Origin: a virus | Virus record (IMG/VR): IMGVR_UViG_3300037454_000319 | Strand: one strand, 5' to 3' | Length of the DNA stretch: 64,000 bases | Shown: in pieces, positions 27,277 through 35,872 of the stretch | Layout of the letters: every line of letters starts with the position of its first letter | How positions within the stretch are numbered: position 1 is the stretch's first letter | Made by a program: the position numbers and the translations under genes | Notes under the pieces: model-generated | Databases searched by the model: none | Seen by the model: the letters and a program-made list of their open reading frames with translations, nothing else | What the model was told of the DNA's origin: nothing

Positions 27277-27660
27277 TATATCTTCAATTCTTATTTCATC
27301 AAACTCTTGACAAATGCCTTCATTAAGCCAATTTGTCCATATATTCTCATTCCAATATTTAGCATTTCTGAGTTTGATATTATATTCTTGAATATCATGT
27401 CCTAACATATCATCAGGTATATCACATGAGCATCTTGCTAAAAGATTATCACGTTCTGCTTGCCATTCAAGACGATGGCGTTCATCACAAGTATTCTCAA
27501 TTATTATAATTGGAGATATAGAAATTAATGCAATACTGCCCATACCAATTAGAAATACAGCAGTTATACCGAGAGCTGTAAAATCCCAGTCCTTTCCTGC
27601 TATCTTAATTAGGATAGCTCCAATAATAATCAATGCAATGAATAATAAAACTAACAGCAT
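27265..27660 (-). CDS. membrane protein (3 TM) with Cys-rich C-terminal domain
   Basis: ORF. Confidence 0.5.
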   Translation of the reverse strand: MLLVLLFIALIIIGAILIKIAGKDWDFTALGITAVFLIGMGSIALISISPIIIIENTCDERHRLEWQAERDNLLARCSCDIPDDMLGHDIQEYNIKLRNAKYWNENIWTNWLNEGICQEFDEIRIEDIKGQ

Positions 27661-27674
27661 ATTATTTTCCTTTC

Positions 27675-28892
27675 TTACTTGTTCTGATTAAAAGCGTTCA
27701 TAAGCATGAATGTGCTAAGAAAATCATTGTCGCCGCCCTTATTCATAAGCAGGAATGGAAGCATGTTATTACCCTCGAAGGCTGTGCCGCCACCCATCAT
27801 AGCAAGCATAAGCATTGCATTGTCATCGAACTTGCCATCACCGAGCATAAGGAATGGGAGTATATTACCAAAAGGATTGTCAGCATTTGCAGTTGCTGCG
27901 CCGCCAAACATATCCATTGGAGTTACAATCTTAGTATAGAAGTCAAAGCCGAAGATAGACTTTCTTGGAACGAATGTCTTAACCTGAGTTGTATAAGGCT
28001 CAACTGCAACTATCTGCTCATCGCTGATTTCCTTAACAACAAGTGGCTTATTACCGTCTGGAGAAAGGATTACATCACCGACAGCTATCTTAGTCTTAGA
28101 AACAGGCATAGCAAATACAGGAATATCCATTACCAAATCTGATACATTGGTAAGCGAGCCGTCATTTTCATATACATTATATGTACCATCGGCACCAAGA
28201 AATGCGATACCGTTAAATGAATACTTGATAGTAGAACTGTCATACTTACCAAATAATACATTACCCATAATCTTCTTCATATTCATATTATTTTCCTCCT
28301 CAGAAATTTCATTTGTATTAACTCTTATTAATCTGCCGTTTTCAAAATGTATTAAAGGACTTTCTGCCATTTTACGCAATTCTTCTAAGTTCTTCTCTGA
28401 TACTTTTATTTCTACATTTCGTGGAGAGAAGTCCATTAATTTCTCGCCATTATGTCCATAAGCTATTCCAGATTTAAGCTCAAGCTCAGCAAATACATCG
28501 CCAACTGTTTTCATTCCCTCAGTATCTTTAGGAATACAATCTGTATTTCTTCCAACTTTTGTCCAGCTTGTGATAATTCTCCATGCGCCCGTTGCTGCAA
28601 TATGGGACATCTCAGTAGGCATTTTCCCTATATCGACATCACGCCATATATTTTCAATGTAAATATAATCTTCATCTTCTGGTATTTTTGTCTCTGTTCC
28701 ATAAGTTAATTTATAAGGTTCTACTAAATCCTGCTTGACATTCCGAACGTAGTGGCGAGTAAGTATATCACCAATTTCAATTTTTAAATCCTTGCTGTCT
28801 CTAACCTCATAAATATAGCGTTTACGATTAGCAACTGAACTCATAGATGGAGCTACAGAGTCTACAAAAACTACACTAATAAAACTATGCAT
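27675..28892 (-). CDS. hypothetical protein (405 aa)
   Basis: ORF. Confidence 0.55.
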   Translation of the reverse strand: MHSFISVVFVDSVAPSMSSVANRKRYIYEVRDSKDLKIEIGDILTRHYVRNVKQDLVEPYKLTYGTETKIPEDEDYIYIENIWRDVDIGKMPTEMSHIAATGAWRIITSWTKVGRNTDCIPKDTEGMKTVGDVFAELELKSGIAYGHNGEKLMDFSPRNVEIKVSEKNLEELRKMAESPLIHFENGRLIRVNTNEISEEENNMNMKKIMGNVLFGKYDSSTIKYSFNGIAFLGADGTYNVYENDGSLTNVSDLVMDIPVFAMPVSKTKIAVGDVILSPDGNKPLVVKEISDEQIVAVEPYTTQVKTFVPRKSIFGFDFYTKIVTPMDMFGGAATANADNPFGNILPFLMLGDGKFDDNAMLMLAMMGGGTAFEGNNMLPFLLMNKGGDNDFLSTFMLMNAFNQNK

Positions 28893-28896
28893 ACCA

Positions 28897-29739
28897 TCAC
28901 TCCTTTAATTCCTTCTGTAAAGCTAACTTAATAATTGCAAATTTATATCTATCCATCTTTCCAATAAGCTCTTCATTTACCTTTGGTGCAACTTTAAGTA
29001 ATTCATCAACCTGTGCCTTAGACCAATCTCTTAAAGCCTGACCGAAAGCAATAGCCTCTTCTTTTGAAAAGCAACCTTTCTGTGTCTTTACGGCATAAAT
29101 ATCATCCCACTCTTTAAGAGCTTCCTCATCAATACCAGATGGCTTCAATAACTCTGCATATGAGCTATGCATAAATCTTTTCAACATTGAAGCCAATCTC
29201 ATTTCGTGAGAAAGTTGCTTTGCCGCGTAACCAAACTTATTTACCTCATCAACTTGAACTGGGTATGGGTGGTCAAGAGCATGGAACTTTTCCTCAATCA
29301 TACCGCCCATTGCCTTGACAGCAGATGGAGCATTTGCAAAAGCAATTTGTTCTGCATTTTCTCTAAACCATGACATAAGCAAGTAGTATTCTGGGTTAAT
29401 CCAAAACCAGTCTGAGAACAAAAGCTCAACAAAGTTTGAAGCGCCCTTCTTCCACTGGTCAATCATAAGACGAATATCCTTAACATCAACCTGACCATTA
29501 ATCTCAGGAAGGTCAAGTGTTACACTTGTAGGTTTAACATTAAATACTACATCTTCAAGCTTAGGAACAACTACTGCCTTATAATCGAAGTCACTACCTT
29601 CTCTTTGGAGGTTGTAGTTCTGAGCACCGTAGAGCGCGACATAAACTACTTCGTAACCTTGGTCTTTAAGAAACTCTACTGTTTTAAGCAAGTTCTGACC
29701 TTCAAGAGAAGCCAGTGCCTTTGAACGCATTTCTTCCAT
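28897..29739 (-). CDS. putative minimal nucleotidyltransferase (Pol-beta-like GS...DxD)
   Basis: YGAQNYNLQREGSDFDY motif. Confidence 0.4.
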   Translation of the reverse strand: MEEMRSKALASLEGQNLLKTVEFLKDQGYEVVYVALYGAQNYNLQREGSDFDYKAVVVPKLEDVVFNVKPTSVTLDLPEINGQVDVKDIRLMIDQWKKGASNFVELLFSDWFWINPEYYLLMSWFRENAEQIAFANAPSAVKAMGGMIEEKFHALDHPYPVQVDEVNKFGYAAKQLSHEMRLASMLKRFMHSSYAELLKPSGIDEEALKEWDDIYAVKTQKGCFSKEEAIAFGQALRDWSKAQVDELLKVAPKVNEELIGKMDRYKFAIIKLALQKELKE

Positions 29740-29759
29740 TCACATTTCTCCTTTCCATT

Positions 29760-29801
29760 TATTATACATATATTATATCATATAATATAAAAAAAGTCAA
29801 A
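29760..29801 (-). promoter_or_regulatory. conserved promoter copy 17 (spacer 16)
   Basis: -10 29773-29778, -35 29795-29800. Confidence 0.6.
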
Positions 29802-29803
29802 TT

Positions 29804-30289
29804 TTAACTATATTTGTAAGCAACAAAAATAACGTTTTGGTCTTTCTCAATTTCCTCAAGTACACTTTTCATAATTGACCAGTCGCCGCCACCAAGACCG
29901 CAACCAAAATAACAAGGTATTGCTATTGGAATTTGGTTTTCCCAGTTACAATGTTCACTACATCTCCAATTCTCTATTTCATTAGTAAATGCTTTCTTAA
30001 CTGCATCATAATCAGTATAACACTTATCTGTACCATAATCTTCTTGTCCGAAAACATTCCAAATACATCTATTTTCGTCAACACGATAATAGCATACAGT
30101 TCCAAGAGGTGACTCGCCATAGTTACACTCTTTATAATCTTGAATAAAAGTAGCATATTCTTTAAACACATTTGGATAGCGGTCTCTTATCTGCTTTGCT
30201 AAGCCGCCACCCATAACTCCTTTACAGTTGACTTGATGAGCTATGATTTTAATATCTGTATTTAATAAATCACCATGTGTAATTATCAT
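29804..30289 (-). CDS. macro-domain protein (ADP-ribose binding/processing)
   Basis: MIITHGDLLNTDIKIIAHQVNCKGVMGGGLA classic macro motif; RBS GGGAGGAA. Confidence 0.65.
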   Translation of the reverse strand: MIITHGDLLNTDIKIIAHQVNCKGVMGGGLAKQIRDRYPNVFKEYATFIQDYKECNYGESPLGTVCYYRVDENRCIWNVFGQEDYGTDKCYTDYDAVKKAFTNEIENWRCSEHCNWENQIPIAIPCYFGCGLGGGDWSIMKSVLEEIEKDQNVIFVAYKYS

Positions 30290-30624
30290 TCTCGTTCCTC
30301 CCAATTTACAATTACTCTGAAACAGTCTGGTATGTCATATCCATGGAGAACATGATAATCTGCTTTATACCCAACTGATGCATATATGGTCACAAGGTCA
30401 TCAGCAATTTTTCTATTCTCTTCTGTAGTATTTCCTTGTGGCCATATATCTACTGAAGCTTCAGTCATTCCACTAAAACTACATTGAGCAATTTCATTTT
30501 TTAATTTCTCATTATACACCCATAAATCTCGCATTACCTTATCAGAAAAATGCTCTGTCCTCATTCTTGCCAATGTTATATCATAAGCACCAATACTATC
30601 CCAAAAAGCATTAAAACTATTCAC
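30286..30624 (-). CDS. hypothetical protein
   Basis: ORF. Confidence 0.45.
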   Translation of the reverse strand: MNSFNAFWDSIGAYDITLARMRTEHFSDKVMRDLWVYNEKLKNEIAQCSFSGMTEASVDIWPQGNTTEENRKIADDLVTIYASVGYKADYHVLHGYDIPDCFRVIVNWEERE

Positions 30625-30626
30625 TC

Positions 30627-30902
30627 TTATTCCTCCTCAAACCACAAATGTGTTCCGTCCATTGCGTTAATCCTATCCAGTGCCGCCTCAAGGCTCATTC
30701 CGCCATCATAATATAACTCGCCGTCTTCTTCTATGCGACCTATACCATAATGAACGAGTTCATCTTTAAGTTCATTTAGTTCACAATCAAGTCTATCATG
30801 TGGAGTTAAATACTGTATATTTGATTTTACATATCCGACAGCATATGCCAGACAATCAAATCCCTCATTATATCCTATGCTAATGCAATTATACAGTGTC
30901 AT
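30627..30902 (-). CDS. hypothetical protein
   Basis: ORF. Confidence 0.45.
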   Translation of the reverse strand: MTLYNCISIGYNEGFDCLAYAVGYVKSNIQYLTPHDRLDCELNELKDELVHYGIGRIEEDGELYYDGGMSLEAALDRINAMDGTHLWFEEE

Positions 30903-30920
30903 AATTAGTCCTCCTTTTTA

Positions 30921-30962
30921 TTTTCTAATAAAATTATACCATAAAAAATAAAAAAAGTCAAG
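30921..30962 (-). promoter_or_regulatory. conserved promoter copy 18
   Basis: -10 30933-30938, -35 30956-30961. Confidence 0.7.
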
Positions 30963-30977
30963 GTTTTTAACCTTGAC
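30957..30977 (-). terminator. terminator gtcaaggtt-ttt-aaccttgac fused to promoter 18
   Basis: stem + T-run. Confidence 0.65.
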
Positions 30978-30979
30978 TC

Positions 30980-31234
30980 TTAGAAAATGTGATAAGGCGG
31001 CACAACCATATCTCCGCCACTCGTGTCCCAATAGAATCTTCTCCACATGGATTTAGAATCCCATTGCATTTCACTAACTTTTATATGTCTTTTCTTAAGT
31101 TCTTCTTTCATCTCAGAAGTTAATGGCGGTAAGTACAATGCATAATAAACTGTAACTCCACCGTAACCATTCGAACTTGCTTTGTTAAGCCAGTGCTGTA
31201 TCTGCTTTTTTCGCACAAGTTCTACAAGCCCCAT
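30980..31234 (-). CDS. hypothetical protein (start MGLVELV, RBS AGGAGGAA)
   Basis: ORF trimmed. Confidence 0.45.
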   Translation of the reverse strand: MGLVELVRKKQIQHWLNKASSNGYGGVTVYYALYLPPLTSEMKEELKKRHIKVSEMQWDSKSMWRRFYWDTSGGDMVVPPYHIF

Positions 31235-31252
31235 TACTATTCCTCCTACCAA

Positions 31253-31616
31253 AAAAAATAGAGCAAACTAACGTCTGCTCTTTTTAAAACGATAGTTAAA
31301 ACTCGACTCAGTACCGCTCTCGGATTTCGGTGTCTCTCTGTTCGACACTAACAGAATAAGCTTACTACCCTTATTCATCAATGCAATTCATTCTGAATTG
31401 CCAAATATCAGGTTGTTCTAACCTGCAACTCTGGTAGTTCCACTTTCGTGTCGCCGAAGCGATAAATCACTATTCGCTCCCTACCTCCTTGTTATCATCT
31501 TTTATACTTTCAAAAAATGATTTGCTGATGAGCCGAAAATATATATACAAAGACTATTGCCCTCGTAACTTTGTATAGAGAGGTAGTCTTTTTAAACTAC
31601 CTCTCTAAATTTTTCA
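31253..31616 (-). ncRNA. 364-nt structured noncoding region without the canonical promoter (candidate ncRNA or long leader)
   Basis: no ORF; UUCG tetraloop hairpin atcgcttcggcgac; bidirectional terminator-like hairpin 31262-31283; hairpin 31588-31613. Confidence 0.3.
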
Positions 31617-33065
31617 TCACTTCCAAGAGAACTCTGGACGGCTAAGTATTTCTACCATAGCCTGATAAGCGTTCTTCTCAATGAGTTCAAGCAAGAACTT
31701 GAAAGGACCTACACCAGCACCACTACAGTAACTGATGTTATCTGAAGTTGTAGCCATATAGTTATCCTGACGAGCATCAACATTCCAACTTACGACCTTA
31801 GTCTCTGGAAGACCAGCTTCACGGAGTCTTCTGTTCCACTTACCAACAATAGACTCGCCCTGATTACGGCCACAGTCATAGTCAAACTGACCATCTGAAA
31901 TTACAACAAGAGCCTTTGGTACTTCTCTTGTTCTAACTGCAACCTCATAAATCTTTGCGAAAGCCTTATCGAGGTCTGTATTGTAACCAACACCGACACT
32001 CTTAGCTCTATTTACGCAACGAGTGATGTCCCAGCTATCCTCAATCTTGACAAAGTAAGGGTCACGAGAATAAGTCATATACAAACCATGATATGCACCC
32101 TTATTACGCTGAGCGAAATAAGTTGCAAGACCAATAGATGTAGCCATAGGCTTACCAGTCATAGACTCAGAAACATCTGCCATAACAACAACGTCAAAGT
32201 CGCCCTTTACATAGTTAGGAAGTTTGTTCCACTGAGCCTTATCAAGAACACTATTTGTATCATTCTTATAAAGTATATTGTATACTATATCATATGGATA
32301 AAGAGTTGACGCTTTTACATCAGCTTCACCCTTATCAAGGGCCGCCATGTAAGCTGAATATCTTTCATTGTCATTCTTATTAAATGCCTTAGAATATCTA
32401 CGTGCAGCAATTGATGGAACAGTCTCGTAGTTAATATTACTCCAGTTCTTAGCACTCATATCTACCTCAACAACGTCAAGATACTTACGAAGCTTAGAAA
32501 GAGTCTTACGATATGTTCTTGGCTTAATACCAGCTACCTTACAAATACGACGTGCGCGAGCGCAAGTCTCCTTAGATGAAGTGTTAATAGAAGGCATCCA
32601 CTTAGCAAGAAGTGAAATAGGAGCTTTTGCGGCTACACCTTCGATATCCTTCATAAGCTGTGCAATAACAAAGTTAATTACATCATCGCCGATAGAAGTA
32701 TCAAGCAACTCAAAAAGGTCATCATATCTACCAACATTTACAAGAGTCTGGAAATTACGCTTTACCTTCTCAGGGTTAAGACGTACAAGCTCCTTCAAAA
32801 GGATACGACCGATACGTCTCTCACCAAGACCAGCATTACGAATATCACGAGCATAAAGAATGAGGTTGTCTGCCAACTCTTCATTCTCAAGACGAGCATC
32901 TCTCCAGTCCATTATTATATCCTGCTCATTACGATTTCTCATGCCACCTATCTTAGCATAAAAATCAAGAAGTGCGCCGCCATTTGTAGAACGATATGCT
33001 ACAGCACCATTCTCAGTATAAGTCTCATTAGCCATTGTCTTACATACATTTGCAAAATTACTCAT
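31617..33065 (-). CDS. DUF2828/TROVE-like N-terminal domain + C-terminal von Willebrand A (vWA) domain protein
   Basis: vWA MIDAS DVVVMADVSESMTG...ALVVISDGQ; N-term TENGAVAYRSTNGGALLDFYAKIGG. Confidence 0.55.
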   Translation of the reverse strand: MSNFANVCKTMANETYTENGAVAYRSTNGGALLDFYAKIGGMRNRNEQDIIMDWRDARLENEELADNLILYARDIRNAGLGERRIGRILLKELVRLNPEKVKRNFQTLVNVGRYDDLFELLDTSIGDDVINFVIAQLMKDIEGVAAKAPISLLAKWMPSINTSSKETCARARRICKVAGIKPRTYRKTLSKLRKYLDVVEVDMSAKNWSNINYETVPSIAARRYSKAFNKNDNERYSAYMAALDKGEADVKASTLYPYDIVYNILYKNDTNSVLDKAQWNKLPNYVKGDFDVVVMADVSESMTGKPMATSIGLATYFAQRNKGAYHGLYMTYSRDPYFVKIEDSWDITRCVNRAKSVGVGYNTDLDKAFAKIYEVAVRTREVPKALVVISDGQFDYDCGRNQGESIVGKWNRRLREAGLPETKVVSWNVDARQDNYMATTSDNISYCSGAGVGPFKFLLELIEKNAYQAMVEILSRPEFSWK

Positions 33066-33107
33066 TACACATTACTCCTTCAAGATAAATTATTTTTAGT
33101 TTGCTGT

Positions 33108-33153
33108 TTTATCTTACTTATATATTATACTATAAAATATTAAAAAAGTCAAA
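33108..33153 (-). promoter_or_regulatory. conserved promoter copy 19
   Basis: -10 33124-33129, -35 33147-33152. Confidence 0.65.
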
Positions 33154-33343
33154 TTTTTGGGGGGAAAATAAGGGCAACGTCGCAACGCCACCCTTACTCG
33201 GCTACTGCCGATAGTGCTTATCTCCCTGCACGGGCTCGCTATCCTTACGAATAGCTATCCTTTTAACGTCTTGATGGACGAGCGTGGATTTACCACATAC
33301 GCTACCACTTAATTTTTTATAGACGGAAATTAAGAAAACCAAC

Positions 33344-33436
33344 TGGCGCCTACTCTCGGACTCGAACCGAGACACCGCTTGCGCGACTACTACTGGTTTT
33401 CAAGACCAGTCCCTTACCAGTTAGGGTTAAGTAGGC
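33344..33436 (-). tRNA. tRNA-Ser (TGA), long variable arm
   Basis: 93 nt, loop CTTGAAA. Confidence 0.6.
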
Positions 33437-33457
33437 AAAAACAAGATACGTTTTTTC

Positions 33458-33488
33458 TCGTGCCTCTACCAATTGGGCTACTCCCCGA
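33458..33488 (-). pseudogene. tRNA 5'-half fragment (acceptor CGGGGAG + D-arm GCCCAATTGGTAGAGGC)
   Basis: D-arm identical to tRNA 34495..34571; no anticodon or T arm follows. Confidence 0.5.
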
Positions 33489-33491
33489 TAT

Positions 33492-33568
33492 GTTGCCCAT
33501 GACGGACTCGAACCATTATTCTCCCTACTTTCGTAGGGCGTAAACACCATGTATACTACATAGGCAAT
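33492..33568 (-). tRNA. atypical tRNA-like gene (acceptor GCCTATG/CATGGGC, TA at 8-9, GNRA hairpin CCCTAC-GAAA-GTAGGG, T-loop GGTTCGAGTCC)
   Basis: cloverleaf-like fold but anticodon loop CGAAAGT lacks U33. Confidence 0.3.
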
Positions 33569-33569
33569 C

Positions 33570-33615
33570 TGGTCGGGGAGGATGGGATTCGAACCCACAC
33601 TCTCGTGCTCCTAAA
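33570..33615 (-). pseudogene. tRNA 3'-half fragment (TAG loop, T-arm GTGGGTTCGAATCCCAT, acceptor CTCCCCG-A-CCA)
   Basis: 3' acceptor strand perfectly complementary (8 nt) to 5' fragment 33458-33488 located downstream: permuted order. Confidence 0.45.
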
Positions 33616-33644
33616 CGCAATAGATAGTTGCTGACGTATCTTTA

Positions 33645-33720
33645 TGGTGCCGAGGGGGAGACTCGAACTCCCAACGCGAGGCTCTTCAGGCCTCCGCTCT
33701 ACCGTTGGAGCTACCTCGGC
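33645..33720 (-). tRNA. tRNA-Phe (GAA) copy 2
   Basis: loop CTGAAGA. Confidence 0.55.
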
Positions 33721-33744
33721 ATTATCAAGACAGTTATACTTATA

Positions 33745-33805
33745 ACTCTACCATTGAGCTACGCGGCACTCTCGTACCACGGTGGGATTCGAACCCACAT
33801 CCTCC
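33745..33805 (-). pseudogene. tRNA fragments: 3'-like (GTGGGTTCGAATCCCAC) followed by 5'-like (GCCGCGTAGCTCAATGGTAGAG)
   Basis: partial arms only, no complete cloverleaf. Confidence 0.35.
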
Positions 33806-33859
33806 TTCAGACAAAAAGAAAAAGTTAAATGTTTTAAATGTTTTGCTGAACTGTCTTAT

Positions 33860-33936
33860 TGGTCGGAGCGGCGGGATTCGAACCCGCAAGAAACTGTTTT
33901 TGAGACAGCCGTGTCTGCCAATTGCACCACGCTCCG
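33860..33936 (-). tRNA. class-I (short variable arm) tRNA with anticodon CAA (Leu codon UUG)
   Basis: acceptor CGGAGCG/CGCTCCG perfect, A73, loop CTCAAAA, 5-nt variable loop. Confidence 0.5.
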
Positions 33937-33939
33937 ATT

Positions 33940-34015
33940 TGGGTGGAAAGATGAGACTCGAACTCACACCTTCATGGGCCACAACCATGCGCTCTACCGT
34001 TAAGCTACTCACCAC
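33940..34015 (-). tRNA. tRNA-His (GTG)
   Basis: loop TTGTGGC, C73. Confidence 0.5.
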
Positions 34016-34170
34016 ATCAATAAGACATACTATTGCGAACTTGCCGTATGTCAGGGCGGCTCATTTAATTTCTCCTCGTTAGGGATGTGCCGCGATGCCA
34101 TAACCGCGGAGTTGTCATATTGATTCTCCCAAACCAATAGGACGTAATAAAAATGCAATTGCCTTTCGGC

Positions 34171-34244
34171 TGGTCGGCACAGGAAGATTCGAACTTCCGC
34201 TCCTTTCTTGTAAGGAAAGGTGACTCCCTTTATCGTATGCGCCG
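34171..34244 (-). tRNA. tRNA-Val (TAC)?
   Basis: loop CTTACAA; atypical D-arm. Confidence 0.4.
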
Positions 34245-34271
34245 ATTAACAAGACTCTTTATACCTTTACG

Positions 34272-34345
34272 GTCCGGAAGAGGGATTCGAACCCTCATAT
34301 GTACGATTTTAGGTCGTATGACTTAGCCACTTTGTCTATTCTGGA
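34272..34345 (-). tRNA. class-I tRNA with anticodon TAA (Leu codon UUA), C33
   Basis: stem TACGA/TCGTA, loop CCTAAAA. Confidence 0.4.
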
Positions 34346-34494
34346 AAGAAATGTTGCTGAAGAGTCTTTAATTTGGTTCGGGTATGCTTATCGGAGTCAA
34401 GTACTCGCAGTTCCTCTTTCGAGGTATTTTCTTCGGAGTAAAGACCTTAAGGTTCGCGTAACCTCTTGTGCCCTAACCCATATCCGAAACCCGA

Positions 34495-34571
34495 TGGTGC
34501 CGATAGAGGGATTCGAACCCACACTGTCCAGTTCCTAAGACTGGTGCCTCTACCAATTGGGCTATGTCGGC
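34495..34571 (-). tRNA. class-I tRNA with anticodon TAG; D-arm and anticodon arm resemble bacterial tRNA-Leu(TAG) but long variable arm absent
   Basis: GCCCAATTGGTAGAGGC + CCAGTCTTAGGAACTGG, A73, 77 nt. Confidence 0.5.
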
Positions 34572-34594
34572 ATTAATGTCGGACAAACCGACAT

Positions 34595-34846
34595 TTATTT
34601 TGCTAATACTACTATTAGTGGAATGTGTCCTGTTTTATCATATGCCATAGCTAAAGGATATTTTTCAATTAGTTCTTTGTTATTTACTACTATCTGAGTC
34701 ATCACCATAGCAATACTTTCTTTTAATCCATCTTCATTGCAGAAGTAAGGACCGCCAGAATCTCCGCCATGGTCTACAGCATCTATAATAGTGCTATTAT
34801 AGGCTTTTATAAAATTAAGAAGGTCATAACTATCTTTAAAAACCAT
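34595..34846 (-). CDS. hypothetical protein
   Basis: ORF. Confidence 0.45.
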   Translation of the reverse strand: MVFKDSYDLLNFIKAYNSTIIDAVDHGGDSGGPYFCNEDGLKESIAMVMTQIVVNNKELIEKYPLAMAYDKTGHIPLIVVLAK

Positions 34847-34857
34847 AATATTCTCCT

Positions 34858-35412
34858 TTACTTAGAAAGCATATTTGCGATACCAGAAGCCGCATAGCTG
34901 TCTGGCTTAATACGAGACTCAAAACCCATGCTATCAATATAGCCACAGATTTCTGTAATCATCTCATGTGTCTTGCCGCGCTTACCAATGTCAGCGTGAA
35001 TAGCAAAACCAAGCTGTTCCTTATTGTGCATCTCGTCAAGGTCAATATCATAATCAATTAACTCATATGCAAGAGCATCATAGAAACCTGTTGCATTTTG
35101 AATAGAACGGAATGTCTCTTCATAAATTTTTGTCTTTAAAACAGATATTCTTGGAATATCCTCTACCTTGTAAAAGAAAATGCCGCCATCACCAACACGG
35201 CAGACAGCAATTACTTCTACCATTCTTGTATACTTGTGGTTCTGAGAGTCAGTTCCTATTGTAATATCATATTCGGCATCAGGCTTATCTGCAATAAATT
35301 TTGCAATAATCTTAATAACCTCATCAAACTTTACCTTAGTCTTTGCTCTGTTGCCACGAGTAAATATCTTGTCGGCAATCACGTCAATCTCTCCTTTTCT
35401 AACTATATTCAA
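34858..35412 (-). CDS. hypothetical protein, possible RNase H-like fold (motif ITIGTDSQ)
   Basis: ORF; weak motif only. Confidence 0.4.
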   Translation of the reverse strand: MNIVRKGEIDVIADKIFTRGNRAKTKVKFDEVIKIIAKFIADKPDAEYDITIGTDSQNHKYTRMVEVIAVCRVGDGGIFFYKVEDIPRISVLKTKIYEETFRSIQNATGFYDALAYELIDYDIDLDEMHNKEQLGFAIHADIGKRGKTHEMITEICGYIDSMGFESRIKPDSYAASGIANMLSK

Positions 35413-35546
35413 GACGATTTTATAAATTGGGCTCTTCTTAATGGAAAAAAAAGAAATTCAATTTGAAAAGTTTGCAGAAATCGTCTTAGTGGTGATAATA
35501 CGTGCCGCGGCACCACAGACCGCTATATGTGGTCGCACGTATTCTC

Positions 35547-35632
35547 TGGTCGGCTCGGTGGGACTCGAACCCACATGCCCTTACGGGCACCAGAACCTTA
35601 ATCTGGCGCGTATACCAATTCCGCCACGAGCC
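35547..35632 (-). tRNA. tRNA-Leu (AAG), class II with Leu-type variable arm; A34 unusual for bacteria
   Basis: 86 nt, loop TTAAGGT, variable arm GCCCGTAAGGGCA. Confidence 0.5.
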
Positions 35633-35711
35633 GTTGGTTGCTGATAAAGTCCAGCTTACTACATATCTGTCTTTAATAAACGAGGACAACATTTGTTCTT
35701 ACACTCGTAAG

Positions 35712-35787
35712 TGGTCGGAGATGCGGGACTCGAACCCACAGCCTCTGCGTCCCAAGCGCAGCCGTCTACCAAATTGGCGTAATCCCC
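35712..35787 (-). tRNA. tRNA-Pro (TGG)
   Basis: loop CTTGGGA. Confidence 0.6.
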
Positions 35788-35796
35788 GATTTTAAA

Positions 35797-35872
35797 TGGT
35801 GGACCTGAAGGGAGTCGAACCCTCGACCTCCTGCTTGCAGGGCAGGCGCTCTCCCAATTGAGCTACAGGCCC
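35797..35872 (-). tRNA. tRNA-Ala (TGC) with G3-U70
   Basis: acceptor GGGCCTG/CAGGTCC, loop CCTGCAA. Confidence 0.55.
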
